Positions 49,123 to 58,531 of a DNA stretch of 64,000 nt are shown in pieces. Made by a program: the position numbers and the translations under genes. Within the stretch, counting starts at the first letter, position 1; each line of letters opens with the position of its first letter. The notes under the pieces were generated by a model, which was given only the letters and a program-made list of their open reading frames with translations, was not told the DNA's origin and made no database searches. Origin of the DNA: a virus. The DNA lies in the IMG/VR virus record IMGVR_UViG_3300036770_001537; one strand, 5' to 3'.

Positions 49123-50417
49123 TATGCTCCACCGCCACCAGTAATACCTGAGAAATCACCTCTTGTTGCTCTTGAAAAAGAGGATGATGATTTTCTTTCT
49201 GGTGCTTGTCTAACAGACCTAGTGGTGGATGGTTCACTTGCAAAAGGACTGCCGCTTCCTCCATCACCAACTCTGCTCCAGTCAGGTTTTGAATCTTGAC
49301 TTGATGTTGCTGGTGCTGCTGGTTTTGGTGCAGTTGCTGGTCTTGCTGCTTGTTTTGCCGCTGGTGTTGCAGGTGACACACCAGTTTCTAAATCTTTACT
49401 AGGTTCACCCTGAATAGATGCAGAAGGCATTGGTCTTGGTGTAACATTTGATGGAACATCTAACATTCCAGGGGTGGATTTTGCTGAATTTGCAGACGCC
49501 CCAAGACTGTTTTGTGTTGATGTTGGTGCACTTGGATTATTGGGCCTAACACCTAAATTTGGTGTTATTCCCATTTGACCTAAAGATGTCGGTCTTGTAG
49601 GTGTTGTTTTTGGATCACCAAATGCACCATAATTTTTAGATGTTGCACCATAATTATATGTTGTTGGTGCCTTTGTGGGATTTGATGGATCATTGCCATC
49701 TGCTGGCTGAGGTCTAGAGCCTTCTCCATATTTACCTAAAACTCTTGCTCTAAAACTCTGTCTCCATGTCATATTTTCAGTGTTACCGAATACTTCACTC
49801 AAAATTCCTCTTTCTTCTTCACTCAATGTATCATAAGCATATTGTGCTGCTTGCTCACCATATGTTTCATATACAGAATTTAGTTTCTCAAGGAGATTAT
49901 TTCTAATTTCTTCATTAAGAGAATCAAATGATTCGTCCATTTTCTTTTTAGACAAACCGGCTTGACTCAAAGCAATAGCAACTGCTTGTTTCTGTCCTTT
50001 TTTAGTTACAGGAACAGTCTTATCTGATTTGCCGATATGCTCTTTACCTTTTTTCCATTTATGCATAACCTTGGCAACTTTTTCTTTTTGTGCTTCTGTT
50101 GCCTTGGCTTCTTCAAGTGTTTTGTCTTTACGAAGTTTAGCAAGATCGGCCGCCTCAATCTCGTCTTTATCACCTGCTTTTGCAGCCAATTTCTTTTGCT
50201 TAGGAGAAAGTTCTTTATCATCATCTTCTTCATACATACATTTCTTGGCTTCTTCAAGCATAGCGTCATATTTACCATGTAGTTCGTGTGGCAATGCTTT
50301 CTTGGAATGGACCCCAAACGCTTCATTTACACTTTTAAGGGCTTCTCTTTCCTTTTCATTTTGCTCCATAATCTTTTTGACTGCATCCACTAATGGATCT
50401 TTTTTGTTGTTGAACAT
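49122..50417 (-). CDS. putative prohead core/internal protein with repeated LxE sites
   Basis: LSPKQKKLA..DKDEIEAADLAKLR and QAVAIALSQAG modules; P/S/T-rich tail. Confidence 0.7.
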   Translation of the reverse strand: MFNNKKDPLVDAVKKIMEQNEKEREALKSVNEAFGVHSKKALPHELHGKYDAMLEEAKKCMYEEDDDKELSPKQKKLAAKAGDKDEIEAADLAKLRKDKTLEEAKATEAQKEKVAKVMHKWKKGKEHIGKSDKTVPVTKKGQKQAVAIALSQAGLSKKKMDESFDSLNEEIRNNLLEKLNSVYETYGEQAAQYAYDTLSEEERGILSEVFGNTENMTWRQSFRARVLGKYGEGSRPQPADGNDPSNPTKAPTTYNYGATSKNYGAFGDPKTTPTRPTSLGQMGITPNLGVRPNNPSAPTSTQNSLGASANSAKSTPGMLDVPSNVTPRPMPSASIQGEPSKDLETGVSPATPAAKQAARPATAPKPAAPATSSQDSKPDWSRVGDGGSGSPFASEPSTTRSVRQAPERKSSSSFSRATRGDFSGITGGGGA

Positions 50418-50514
50418 AGATAGATTCCTTTTGATAGAAAAATGTTGCTGTTTATATTTATTATTCTTCGCAATTCCATTTTCTCAAGGACTTATTGATC
50501 CTTGAATCCTGGGC

Positions 50515-50925
50515 CTAATTGTTGCGTTCTTTTAAATATTTTATTGCAGATTCCAAATTTTTTATATTATCTTTAAAATTGCCAAGCCCTCTATTACAAT
50601 GATGACACAACATACCTCTGAATTTTCCAGTATCGTGATTGTGATCCATTACTAAATTATATACTTTCCCTAAGTGTTTGTTATTTCTTGACCCGGAATT
50701 TTCGGTTCCCCCACATATATCACAGTTAATTTGTTTTCTAAGATTTCTAACTTCATCATCAGAAAGTTGTCCTCTAAATTTTCCTCTATTAATTTCACTT
50801 CTATACGAGGCTCTACATTTTCTACACCAACTATCCAATCCGTCTAATTTTTTATTGTGTGGTGGAAAATGTATTAAATCTTTTGGTTTTTCTTCTTTAC
50901 ATCTAGTGCAATTTTTAATAGACAT
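50515..50925 (-). CDS. endonuclease VII-like homing endonuclease
   Basis: CTRC..CRKC, CDIC, DHNHDTGKFRGMLCHHCNRGLGNFKD. Confidence 0.88.
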   Translation of the reverse strand: MSIKNCTRCKEEKPKDLIHFPPHNKKLDGLDSWCRKCRASYRSEINRGKFRGQLSDDEVRNLRKQINCDICGGTENSGSRNNKHLGKVYNLVMDHNHDTGKFRGMLCHHCNRGLGNFKDNIKNLESAIKYLKERNN

Positions 50926-50958
50926 GAATACATTCCTTTTTCATTACAAATATATTTA

Positions 50959-52821
50959 TTATTCACAGTTCCACTTTCTTAATGCTAGGGCTTTTCTAGT
51001 GGGCCTGCCTTTTTCATCTTTCATAGGACCACGAGCACCACCCATCCTCGCACAAAATGATTTACGTCGTTTCCATGCCTTGGAACCGGGCTTTAATTTA
51101 GAAGGTTTGGTTGTTACAGCAGTTTGTAGTTTGGAACCTGGATTTGCTCGTCTGTATGAGGCAACACCTTTCTTATTAAGTCCACCTTCAGGGTCTTTTC
51201 CTTCTTTTCTTTGCCAAGCAGGTGATGCTTCTGATAATTCTCTATCTGTTCCTTGTTTGGGTACAGTTCCCATTTGAGCGTAGTCTTGTAGTTCTTTTAG
51301 GTGCTTTTGGAATGTCTCTCTTGCTTTTTCAGCCAGTGTGCCAAATGGATATGAATATCCTGTTCCAAGAGAACTTTGAATGCCTGCACCAAATCCAGAA
51401 ATACCTGAATAACGATTACCGAACTCTGGTCCAATAGTATCACTTGATGGTAATGTATATGGAGTGTTATACATATCAAGTGTTGAGCCTAATAGCCCAT
51501 CTTCAGTGAGTTTCTTTCTCACAATCTTCTTCTTGGGCTTTTCTTCAAATAAAGGATTGAATGGAAATGTTTGACCGGGTGTTGCATCAGCATAAATTTT
51601 GGTCAATGATGTCTTGCCCCATTCTCTATCAGATGGTGTGTTTTCATTCAAGAAATCATCAAAACTTTCATTGACTGATTTCCAACCACCACCTTTTGAT
51701 TTATACCATTTTGCCGCCCAACCATTGGCATATGCAGATGGATATACATCAAATTTTTGTTTTGCCATTGATTTGGCTCTTGCCCACAATTCAGGATTTG
51801 TTGGCTTGTTTTTTTCCATTAGATATTCTTCTGTCGCAACAAAAACTGGCTTTCCGCCTTTACCTTTTCTATCTGCCACTGGGTCTTTCCTTCTTTTTCT
51901 TCTTGCTGATTTTGCTCTTTCTTCCTTGGACATTGCCCGTGCAGATGCTAATGGCCTACATTTTGGTTTACCTTCACCGGGTTCACGGGCACATTGACCT
52001 TTGATATTACCTTTGGTATCAAACCTGACCCATTTTTCTTTGAACCATTTACGAAGGTCTTCGTTGATATCTGTTTCTTCTACCATATGTTTGAGTGAGA
52101 ATTTATCTGGATTGGCACGACCATACCATCTCATAATCTGACCTGCCATTGCATTTGCTTCATTTTCAATGTCAGAACCAGTTTCACCTTCTTTGGCAAC
52201 ATCCTTGATTCTACCGTCTTCATCCTGCTTACAATGAACCAACTCATGTGCTACGGTACGAAAAATATCCATTGGATGGCGGTTTTTAGTCACTACGACA
52301 ATTGACTTTTCGGATGGAGAATATCCACCAAAACTGGTGAAGTTTTCTTCTGCGTCTTTATATTTTAATTTTGGAAGGGATTTGATGCCAAGTTTTTCGG
52401 AAGCAAATGATACAAATGAATCTAGCATTGGACTAAAGTCTTGGTGATTGATTTCTTCGTTTAGATTATTATAATCATGTGCTTTCTTGACCAAATCAAG
52501 AATTGGCAAATCTACCATAAATGCTCTGGTTGAACCTGTAGTATTGTGGTCGGCAATCCAACGATGGTGCCCGTCAAGTATGTGTGAATCTCTTGAAATT
52601 ACTATTGGCGATTTCTTTTCTTTAGTATGCATCATCTGTAGAACTTTCATATCATCAAAGTCTGCTTGAGTAGATTTGAGAGATGATGTATCAAAGTCTT
52701 TTTCTGTGAAGTCTATACCTTCATCTTTTAACTTTTGAACGAATGCTTTGGAATCTGCCAATTGTGGCATCAACTGTCTACTTAAAGTCTGTCCTATTGC
52801 TGGAATTTCTATCTTTTTCAT
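50959..52821 (-). CDS. modular protein: ParB-like + zincin HEXXH + basic modules
   Basis: ILDGHHRW; RTVAHELVH..ENEANA; LRKWFKEKWV; FDVYPSAYAN; RRKSFCARM..ALRKWNC. Confidence 0.75.
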   Translation of the reverse strand: MKKIEIPAIGQTLSRQLMPQLADSKAFVQKLKDEGIDFTEKDFDTSSLKSTQADFDDMKVLQMMHTKEKKSPIVISRDSHILDGHHRWIADHNTTGSTRAFMVDLPILDLVKKAHDYNNLNEEINHQDFSPMLDSFVSFASEKLGIKSLPKLKYKDAEENFTSFGGYSPSEKSIVVVTKNRHPMDIFRTVAHELVHCKQDEDGRIKDVAKEGETGSDIENEANAMAGQIMRWYGRANPDKFSLKHMVEETDINEDLRKWFKEKWVRFDTKGNIKGQCAREPGEGKPKCRPLASARAMSKEERAKSARRKRRKDPVADRKGKGGKPVFVATEEYLMEKNKPTNPELWARAKSMAKQKFDVYPSAYANGWAAKWYKSKGGGWKSVNESFDDFLNENTPSDREWGKTSLTKIYADATPGQTFPFNPLFEEKPKKKIVRKKLTEDGLLGSTLDMYNTPYTLPSSDTIGPEFGNRYSGISGFGAGIQSSLGTGYSYPFGTLAEKARETFQKHLKELQDYAQMGTVPKQGTDRELSEASPAWQRKEGKDPEGGLNKKGVASYRRANPGSKLQTAVTTKPSKLKPGSKAWKRRKSFCARMGGARGPMKDEKGRPTRKALALRKWNCE

Positions 52822-52831
52822 TTTTGTTCTC

Positions 52832-53497
52832 TTATAAGGTTACAGTGATACCATCTTTGTTGTTTGGTCTAATAGTAATATTGTCTATATCATATACACG
52901 AAGCACATCTGCTTTCTTGAACTCTGGATTGAACTTGACCTTCCCTTTGGACTTTACCATCAAATAGATTTCTTGGTTCTCAGCATATTCTTCACTTTCA
53001 ACCAGAAATCCGTCAAAGGTAAGTAAATTCTGTTTCCTCTCAAATGATCCAGTACCATTACCAACATATATGTAATCAATAGGTCCGCCCATAGACTGTG
53101 TGCCGACAATCAATGTCTTTTTCTCAATTCTACCAATCTTACCATATACTATTTCAGGTATATTATCATCTTCTGATAGCCCCATACCAAGAACTTTGGC
53201 AACCAAAGCATTTTCAAATTTTCTAGTCAAGTTTGGCGTCATCAAATCAATAGCATTCTTACCAATATTCACTGAAGATATTACATCTTCCTGTAGAGAA
53301 ATTTTGATACTCTTGGCATTATTATCAAGTATTATATCGGTGTATAATTTAGAAGAACCAAACTGCCTGCCATTGTATTTTCGGGCACGAATGATTCTAT
53401 CTAAATTCACATCACCAATCTTCACCATTATTACTCTATAGTCTGAAGCAGATATTGCATTATTTACTTCATCTTTAAATGTCTCTAGTTTATCCAT
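52832..53497 (-). CDS. hypothetical protein
   Basis: Long ORF in operon; weak degenerate PD-(D/E)XK-like pattern. Confidence 0.65.
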   Translation of the reverse strand: MDKLETFKDEVNNAISASDYRVIMVKIGDVNLDRIIRARKYNGRQFGSSKLYTDIILDNNAKSIKISLQEDVISSVNIGKNAIDLMTPNLTRKFENALVAKVLGMGLSEDDNIPEIVYGKIGRIEKKTLIVGTQSMGGPIDYIYVGNGTGSFERKQNLLTFDGFLVESEEYAENQEIYLMVKSKGKVKFNPEFKKADVLRVYDIDNITIRPNNKDGITVTL

Positions 53498-53927
53498 TTT
53501 TTATTGAGTTTAGCATCCAACCGTGTTTGGCATGTACTGTTAATCTGTCTTGAATGAAATTAGAGTATGCAAATGCCTTTTCTTTTTCTGCCATCTCGTA
53601 TGTTTCTGTCAGAGTAGCGATGACCATATCATTTGATTTTATTAGATTATTTATCATATCATCAAAAGAAACTACTTTTGTGTCTTCAGGAATAGTAGAT
53701 AGTTCTCTAATTCTTGCTAGAGAAAATGGTGCAAACGAATTTAGCGTTCTAATCTGCTCTGCTAGATCATCAATTGCATCATGTAGTTCTTCATATAGTT
53801 TACCGAAGAATTTGTGATACTGTGGGAAATTAGGGCCAACAACATTCCAATGGTATGCATGTGCCCTCATATACATTACAAAAGTATCAGCCAAACAAAT
53901 CTTGGCATTAGTAATTAGATCATCCAT
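53490..53927 (-). CDS. dps: Dps/ferritin-like DNA protection protein
   Basis: HAYHWNVVGPNFPQYHKFF..YEE....DDLAEQIR, HAKHGWML. Confidence 0.93.
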   Translation of the reverse strand: MDDLITNAKICLADTFVMYMRAHAYHWNVVGPNFPQYHKFFGKLYEELHDAIDDLAEQIRTLNSFAPFSLARIRELSTIPEDTKVVSFDDMINNLIKSNDMVIATLTETYEMAEKEKAFAYSNFIQDRLTVHAKHGWMLNSIKNG

Positions 53928-54108
53928 CGTCTTTTCCCCATTTTCCTATTGGACATTCTGATGACTTCATTAGTGTTTTGTAGTTCATAAAACATCCACA
54001 TTTGTTACATCTCATATGACTCGTTAAATGCTCACATTGTTTGCATATCTCAAGTCTCTTTTCGGATAGTTCTTTTGCTCTTGTAAATACGGTGTCCAAC
54101 TTTATCAT
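53920..54108 (-). CDS. small Cys-rich protein
   Basis: RLEICKQC..CNKCGCFM..K....CPIGKW. Confidence 0.75.
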   Translation of the reverse strand: MIKLDTVFTRAKELSEKRLEICKQCEHLTSHMRCNKCGCFMNYKTLMKSSECPIGKWGKDDG

Positions 54109-54410
54109 TAGCCACCTTTAGTGTAAATTTCTTGTTCCGATTCTTTTTGTCTTTTGGGTCTATACATAGACTTCAACTTCTTTTCTGCTACTCTACAGGC
54201 ATCACGCAATTTGCTGTAGTCCGAAAGCATCATAGATAGTTGAGATTCATTTGGTAGCATATCCAATTCAATTGCTGCTTGTGCTAATTGTTCTCTGCTA
54301 TAGTTTTTGAGAACAGGGCATCTACTCATAATTGTTTGTTCTTGTGCTGCTGATAGTGTCACGCATCCAGTTAGTGGTAACACGAGCAATAGTGGTATGA
54401 TTTTTTTCAT
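54108..54410 (-). CDS. lipoprotein, probable o-spanin
   Basis: Signal peptide with lipobox LTGC; two further Cys. Confidence 0.6.
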   Translation of the reverse strand: MKKIIPLLLVLPLTGCVTLSAAQEQTIMSRCPVLKNYSREQLAQAAIELDMLPNESQLSMMLSDYSKLRDACRVAEKKLKSMYRPKRQKESEQEIYTKGG

Positions 54411-54637
54411 TAGAATGTTCCATCCTTCATTTTATCTATCACTTCTTTTTTAGTTCTCTCTTGAACCAATATTTCAGTTTGCTGCCTATTCAATTCATTT
54501 TCCTTGGCAACAATCTCCGCTTCCTTTTGTTTCCTACCCTGTTCAATTAATTTTTTCATTTTGAGTATTTCTAGGACTTTTGAGAATGAATTTGCAGCAC
54601 CGCTCAAAAATCCTAGAAGTAAAGATAGAAATGACAT
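54410..54637 (-). CDS. probable i-spanin-like protein
   Basis: N-terminal hydrophobic anchor plus coiled coil; TAATG-coupled to the lipoprotein. Confidence 0.5.
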   Translation of the reverse strand: MSFLSLLLGFLSGAANSFSKVLEILKMKKLIEQGRKQKEAEIVAKENELNRQQTEILVQERTKKEVIDKMKDGTF

Positions 54638-54640
54638 ATC

Positions 54641-54835
54641 TTATGCCGAATCATCCGTTGAAGATACTCCAGGTGGTGTAGTTGTGATTGAACGAAGCAC
54701 TGCCATGATAATAGCAGAACCTAGAGCAACTGCACCTGCTTTTGGATCACTTAGAAAAGCATTCCAGTCTGTCATTGCAAGAACGCCAAACAATGCCATT
54801 AGTGCTGATACTACGTATGTACGATAACCTTTCAT
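54641..54835 (-). CDS. probable holin (2 TM)
   Basis: MKGYRTY..two TM helices..LRSITTTP; GGAGG RBS; late promoter 54873-54880. Confidence 0.6.
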   Translation of the reverse strand: MKGYRTYVVSALMALFGVLAMTDWNAFLSDPKAGAVALGSAIIMAVLRSITTTPPGVSSTDDSA

Positions 54836-54899
54836 AATTTACCTCCAAATTTAGGCATAATGCCTTTGCTTATATTTATAGTAATTGAATTTTAGACAT

Positions 54900-54927
54900 A
54901 AAAAAAGGGTGGGAAAATCCCACCCTT
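54900..54927 (-). terminator. rho-independent terminator
   Basis: AAGGGTGGGAtttTCCCACCCTTTTTT on minus strand. Confidence 0.85.
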
Positions 54928-54948
54928 CTCAAGAAATAACCAATAGAC

Positions 54949-55866
54949 TTATTCAGTCTTTGGTGCTTCTGCTACTGGTTCAGCAACAACTTCTGGTGTT
55001 ACATCAAATGCTTCTTTGACTGCATCAACAACATCAACATTTGCTTCTGCTTTTACTGCTTCGGCAACTTCTGCTGGTGCAGTTACTACAACATCGACTT
55101 GGCCTTCATCAGTTTTGATTACATCAGCAACAACGTCTTCTTCTGTTACTGTGGTATCATCTGCTGGTGTTACTGTAACAACTACTTGTGGTTCTGCTGA
55201 AGTTGTATCAACTGTATCAACTACTGTTTCTGCTGATACTGTTACGACTTCTGGCATAACTTCTGGTAGATTTACCTGAACTGTTGGTACTGTTGGATCA
55301 TCTGCGTGTAGGATTACTTCTTTTGTTGGAATAACATTTGAAGAATCTGCAACTGCTCCGGCAAGTGCATCAGTAGATGATTTTAGTTGTTCGATAAGAG
55401 CATTAAGTGGTGCTGTATCAATTACAGGTGGTTCTTGTGCTGCTTTTGCAGCAAGTTCGGCAGATACTTTCTCAAGTTCTACTGTGAGTTTCTTGAGCAT
55501 TGTTGCGGCAGATGATTGCACAGTATGAACTCGTGCTACTTCTGCGGCTAGTGTTTCTAGATTAAGTTCCATATTTTTAACCCTTTCCTCTAATACATAT
55601 ATCTTGTATAACATCTCTTCAAACTTTTCTTGAATCTTAATGTCCGACTCAAGAATACTTTTTATTGCAGCATCCTTACATTCTTTACACTGAGGAGTAC
55701 ATGCAATGCAAATTTTGTTGCCCATAGATTTTACCGTATCTAAAATGAAAATCATGAATGACAATATTAGTCCAAATAATTTTTTCCAGAATCTAATGAA
55801 TAGTTTTTTTTGAAGGGCAAATGCTAATGTCCAAAATAGAATGGCTGATGCCCAATATTTTTTCAT
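54949..55866 (-). CDS. membrane-anchored acidic protein with probable second in-frame start at 55572
   Basis: Hydrophobic N-terminus; purine-rich RBS before MELNLE; late promoter 55894-55901. Confidence 0.6.
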   Translation of the reverse strand: MKKYWASAILFWTLAFALQKKLFIRFWKKLFGLILSFMIFILDTVKSMGNKICIACTPQCKECKDAAIKSILESDIKIQEKFEEMLYKIYVLEERVKNMELNLETLAAEVARVHTVQSSAATMLKKLTVELEKVSAELAAKAAQEPPVIDTAPLNALIEQLKSSTDALAGAVADSSNVIPTKEVILHADDPTVPTVQVNLPEVMPEVVTVSAETVVDTVDTTSAEPQVVVTVTPADDTTVTEEDVVADVIKTDEGQVDVVVTAPAEVAEAVKAEANVDVVDAVKEAFDVTPEVVAEPVAEAPKTE

Positions 55867-55918
55867 GTGGAATCCATTGTGCTGTTGCACAACTATTTAT
55901 AATACTTGAGTTTTGATA

Positions 55919-56494
55919 TTATAAATTTCTTCCTTTATACCAGCCTAATGGTATAGTTTCGCATTTTTTTATTTTTTTATTAGTTATCCCATCCGTAATC
56001 CACATTGTACCATATTGAGAATTTTTGATTCCTTGTTGATGTTTATTTTTTGCGAACTGCGACTTTCTAATATTTCTATATTCAGGGTCTTTCCACTTTT
56101 CAAGTAAAACTAGATTATTCTTTTCTAGTGTTTTCAATTTCTGTTTTTTAAACTCTTCATCGGTTTTGTATTTTTCTATGTATGCCTTTATGCCGGATTT
56201 TTGCCATTTTTCTAAATATATTTTTCTATATTCTAAATCAGTATTAAATTTATTTTTATGTATCATGCCGCCTTTTTTACCGCCCATAGACATTGCCATT
56301 AGTGCTGCTTCTTTTGATGATATTAATCCTTCAAGTCCCATCCAAGCAACATAATCTTGCCAGTGTCCTAAGTCTTCCCATAATTGTTTATGTAAAGCAG
56401 CATGTTCTTCTACAGTTACTTCAATAAGATTGGATGGATCGTCTGTTCCACCCATATGTTTAGGTATGATATGATGTGTGTGATAAATAGACAT
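55919..56494 (-). CDS. HNH homing endonuclease
   Basis: HTHHIIPKHMGGTDDPSNL..EEHAALH; C-terminal NSQYGTMWITDG..GWYKGR. Confidence 0.88.
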   Translation of the reverse strand: MSIYHTHHIIPKHMGGTDDPSNLIEVTVEEHAALHKQLWEDLGHWQDYVAWMGLEGLISSKEAALMAMSMGGKKGGMIHKNKFNTDLEYRKIYLEKWQKSGIKAYIEKYKTDEEFKKQKLKTLEKNNLVLLEKWKDPEYRNIRKSQFAKNKHQQGIKNSQYGTMWITDGITNKKIKKCETIPLGWYKGRNL

Positions 56495-56566
56495 GGCTGA
56501 TACCTCCATTATAGGTGTTAGAGTGGTTAGATGCTTCCAACATCGTGAACCACATTTTTATTTATA
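56495..56566 (-). promoter_or_regulatory. late promoter plus conserved structured 5' leader of HNH gene (copy 2)
   Basis: TATAAATA..GTGGTTcacGATGttggaagCATCtAACCAC-TCTAA-cACCTataatggAGGT-aTCAGCC-ATG. Confidence 0.8.
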
Positions 56567-56581
56567 TGCCTATATTGGAAA

Positions 56582-56663
56582 TGGTCCGGAGGGTGGGGGT
56601 CGAACCCACATTTGCAGCTCCTTTACGATTAGCGGTTTAGAAGACCACCTCGGCTACCTCCGG
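56582..56663 (-). tRNA. tRNA-Arg(TCT)-like RNA lacking a D-arm, with a 22-nt variable region
   Basis: Perfect acceptor CCGGAGG/CCTCCGG + ACCA; GTGGG-TTCGACC-CCCAC T-arm; GTGGT-CTTCTAA-ACCGC; own promoter TTGACT-17-TACTAT at 56690-56718. Confidence 0.7.
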
Positions 56664-56727
56664 TTATTCTTTATTTCTCATCATGATTAATAGTACCACA
56701 GGCATAATGTGAAGTCAAGCACTTTTT

Positions 56728-57183
56728 TTACAATAATTGGATATTATTATCAATCATAGACAATGTTTTTTCAACTGCTTTGAAATGAGAGCATTCACCC
56801 AAAGAAATATTAATTGGATTATTAAAGAAGCCTTTGGGCTGCTGGTGCTTCTCAATATAGTTTAGATGAACGCCAACATTCTTTAATTTGGGTCTTGCGT
56901 TACCAAAAGATGAAGTAACAGTATGATATGATCCAACTGTTAGCATTCTTGTATAATGAATGTCTGGTGTTCTTTTGGCAAGATCATATGCAGATACTGC
57001 ACCACGAGAATACCCTAGAATTTCAATATGATCGGAATCAAGATCGGTTACATAATCAATAGCATCAGCAACTTCAAAATAATTGAAAATTCTAAGTTTA
57101 TAGTCGTGCTTTTGGCACCACTTTTTCATAGTAGAATCTTCAAAAATGTTATTGAGTCCTCTAAACGCTATCATGTGTTTCAT
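56728..57183 (-). CDS. minimal alpha/beta-hydrolase-like protein
   Basis: AFRG, ILGYSRGA nucleophile elbow, C-terminal SH. Confidence 0.65.
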   Translation of the reverse strand: MKHMIAFRGLNNIFEDSTMKKWCQKHDYKLRIFNYFEVADAIDYVTDLDSDHIEILGYSRGAVSAYDLAKRTPDIHYTRMLTVGSYHTVTSSFGNARPKLKNVGVHLNYIEKHQQPKGFFNNPINISLGECSHFKAVEKTLSMIDNNIQLL

Positions 57184-57307
57184 TTGATATTCCTTATAGT
57201 AATAGAACTATGTATGTGATAAAAAATAGTGATAATAATAAACTACATAAAGATGCTACGGTGCATAATATGTCTATCATATAAACTCCTATTGAAGTTG
57301 ACAATCA

Positions 57308-58531
57308 CTATTTAGTTGCTTTGGTGTTATGTGTTAATGATGCAACCGGTGTATATCCATATTCTTGCATCAAAAATGGTAGCATATAATGTTTGATATT
57401 ATATTTTACTATGTCTTTATCTTCCAAAGAAGCACCTGCCTTCATTCCCCTAGAATGTGCTACTGCAATTGTAGCTATATGTAATGGGCTTCCGCCCTCT
57501 GCACTATGGGCAAATAATCTTATAGAAGATTTTTTCTTCCCTCCTCTAGTTTCAAATTCCATAGAATAGTCTGTGGGTTTAAATCTATCTTGAAAAAATT
57601 TCCATGCATGATCCACATCATATATATGTGTGCCCTCACTACTATCTACTACCCTCCACCTTTTTATGTGTGGTTCTTGCTCTCTTGTTCCAGATGGTAT
57701 CAATTCATGTTGATTCATAAAAGTGTTGGCTAATCTTATTCTTTCCGATTGTTTTCTCTTATCTGATATAGAGTCATTTCTTGTTCTTATTTTTGAACCC
57801 ATACCACCTTTAGTATATAATGGACTTTTATAAAATAGTCTTTTAATTTTTCCTAATGTAGATAATCTTTCTTTATATTTTTTGGAACCTCTAGTCATTG
57901 TCGATGGAACTAAGTCTTTCTTGGCAACCCATTCACCTTTATCATTTTTTATAGTTCCTGTTAATACTCTATTCAATCTTTCGGCCATAGGGTTAAAATG
58001 ACTGTACTGTGGGCTCATTTTCAAATCTATCAGATATGTATCTGGGCGTCCATCTTTCGCATTATTTAATTTTGTTATCAAGTCCTCAACTGCTCTACCG
58101 GAAGTGAATGATGGAACCCCCATAGATTTTCTCACTGCATTTTTTGTTTGTGTTGATGAATCTTTTGTTTCATGTGAATGTGAGGTTGGGTTTATGCCAG
58201 ATACTGCATACATTGCGTGATGTATAAAATGTGCAATATTTCTTGATCTGGCTTCATCATTTGGACTATTTGCTGTATATTGTAATGTTTGAATTACCCC
58301 TTTATTTTCAGCATCATTTGTCATAGGATAATATGAGAAATTTTCATATCCGAGAGGGGATTCTGATGATCCTTTAGGATAATTGGCGGACGCAATTAGA
58401 GATGAATTTGTGTTTGCCATATTCAATGATGTAGAATTTTTAATTAATCTTGGTTCCGATTTAAGTGCTGGCTCTAAAGTTCCCCTTTTACCGGTAGCCA
58501 TCTCTGCAATATATTGTCTAAATGTGAGCAT
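57308..58531 (-). CDS. putative capsid-internal protein (MLTFRQYIAE)
   Basis: CTS-like start; late promoter 58560-58567. Confidence 0.7.
   Translation of the reverse strand: MLTFRQYIAEMATGKRGTLEPALKSEPRLIKNSTSLNMANTNSSLIASANYPKGSSESPLGYENFSYYPMTNDAENKGVIQTLQYTANSPNDEARSRNIAHFIHHAMYAVSGINPTSHSHETKDSSTQTKNAVRKSMGVPSFTSGRAVEDLITKLNNAKDGRPDTYLIDLKMSPQYSHFNPMAERLNRVLTGTIKNDKGEWVAKKDLVPSTMTRGSKKYKERLSTLGKIKRLFYKSPLYTKGGMGSKIRTRNDSISDKRKQSERIRLANTFMNQHELIPSGTREQEPHIKRWRVVDSSEGTHIYDVDHAWKFFQDRFKPTDYSMEFETRGGKKKSSIRLFAHSAEGGSPLHIATIAVAHSRGMKAGASLEDKDIVKYNIKHYMLPFLMQEYGYTPVASLTHNTKATK

Noticed and set aside
50515-50925. Called as the gp49 Holliday junction resolvase
   Set aside because: The N-terminal zinc finger plus EndoVII domain, inserted among late genes, fits a free-standing homing endonuclease better
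56493-56690. 65-aa + strand ORF (and likewise 59486-59737 and 21787-22023)
   Set aside because: They are antisense to tRNA, tmRNA or leader elements
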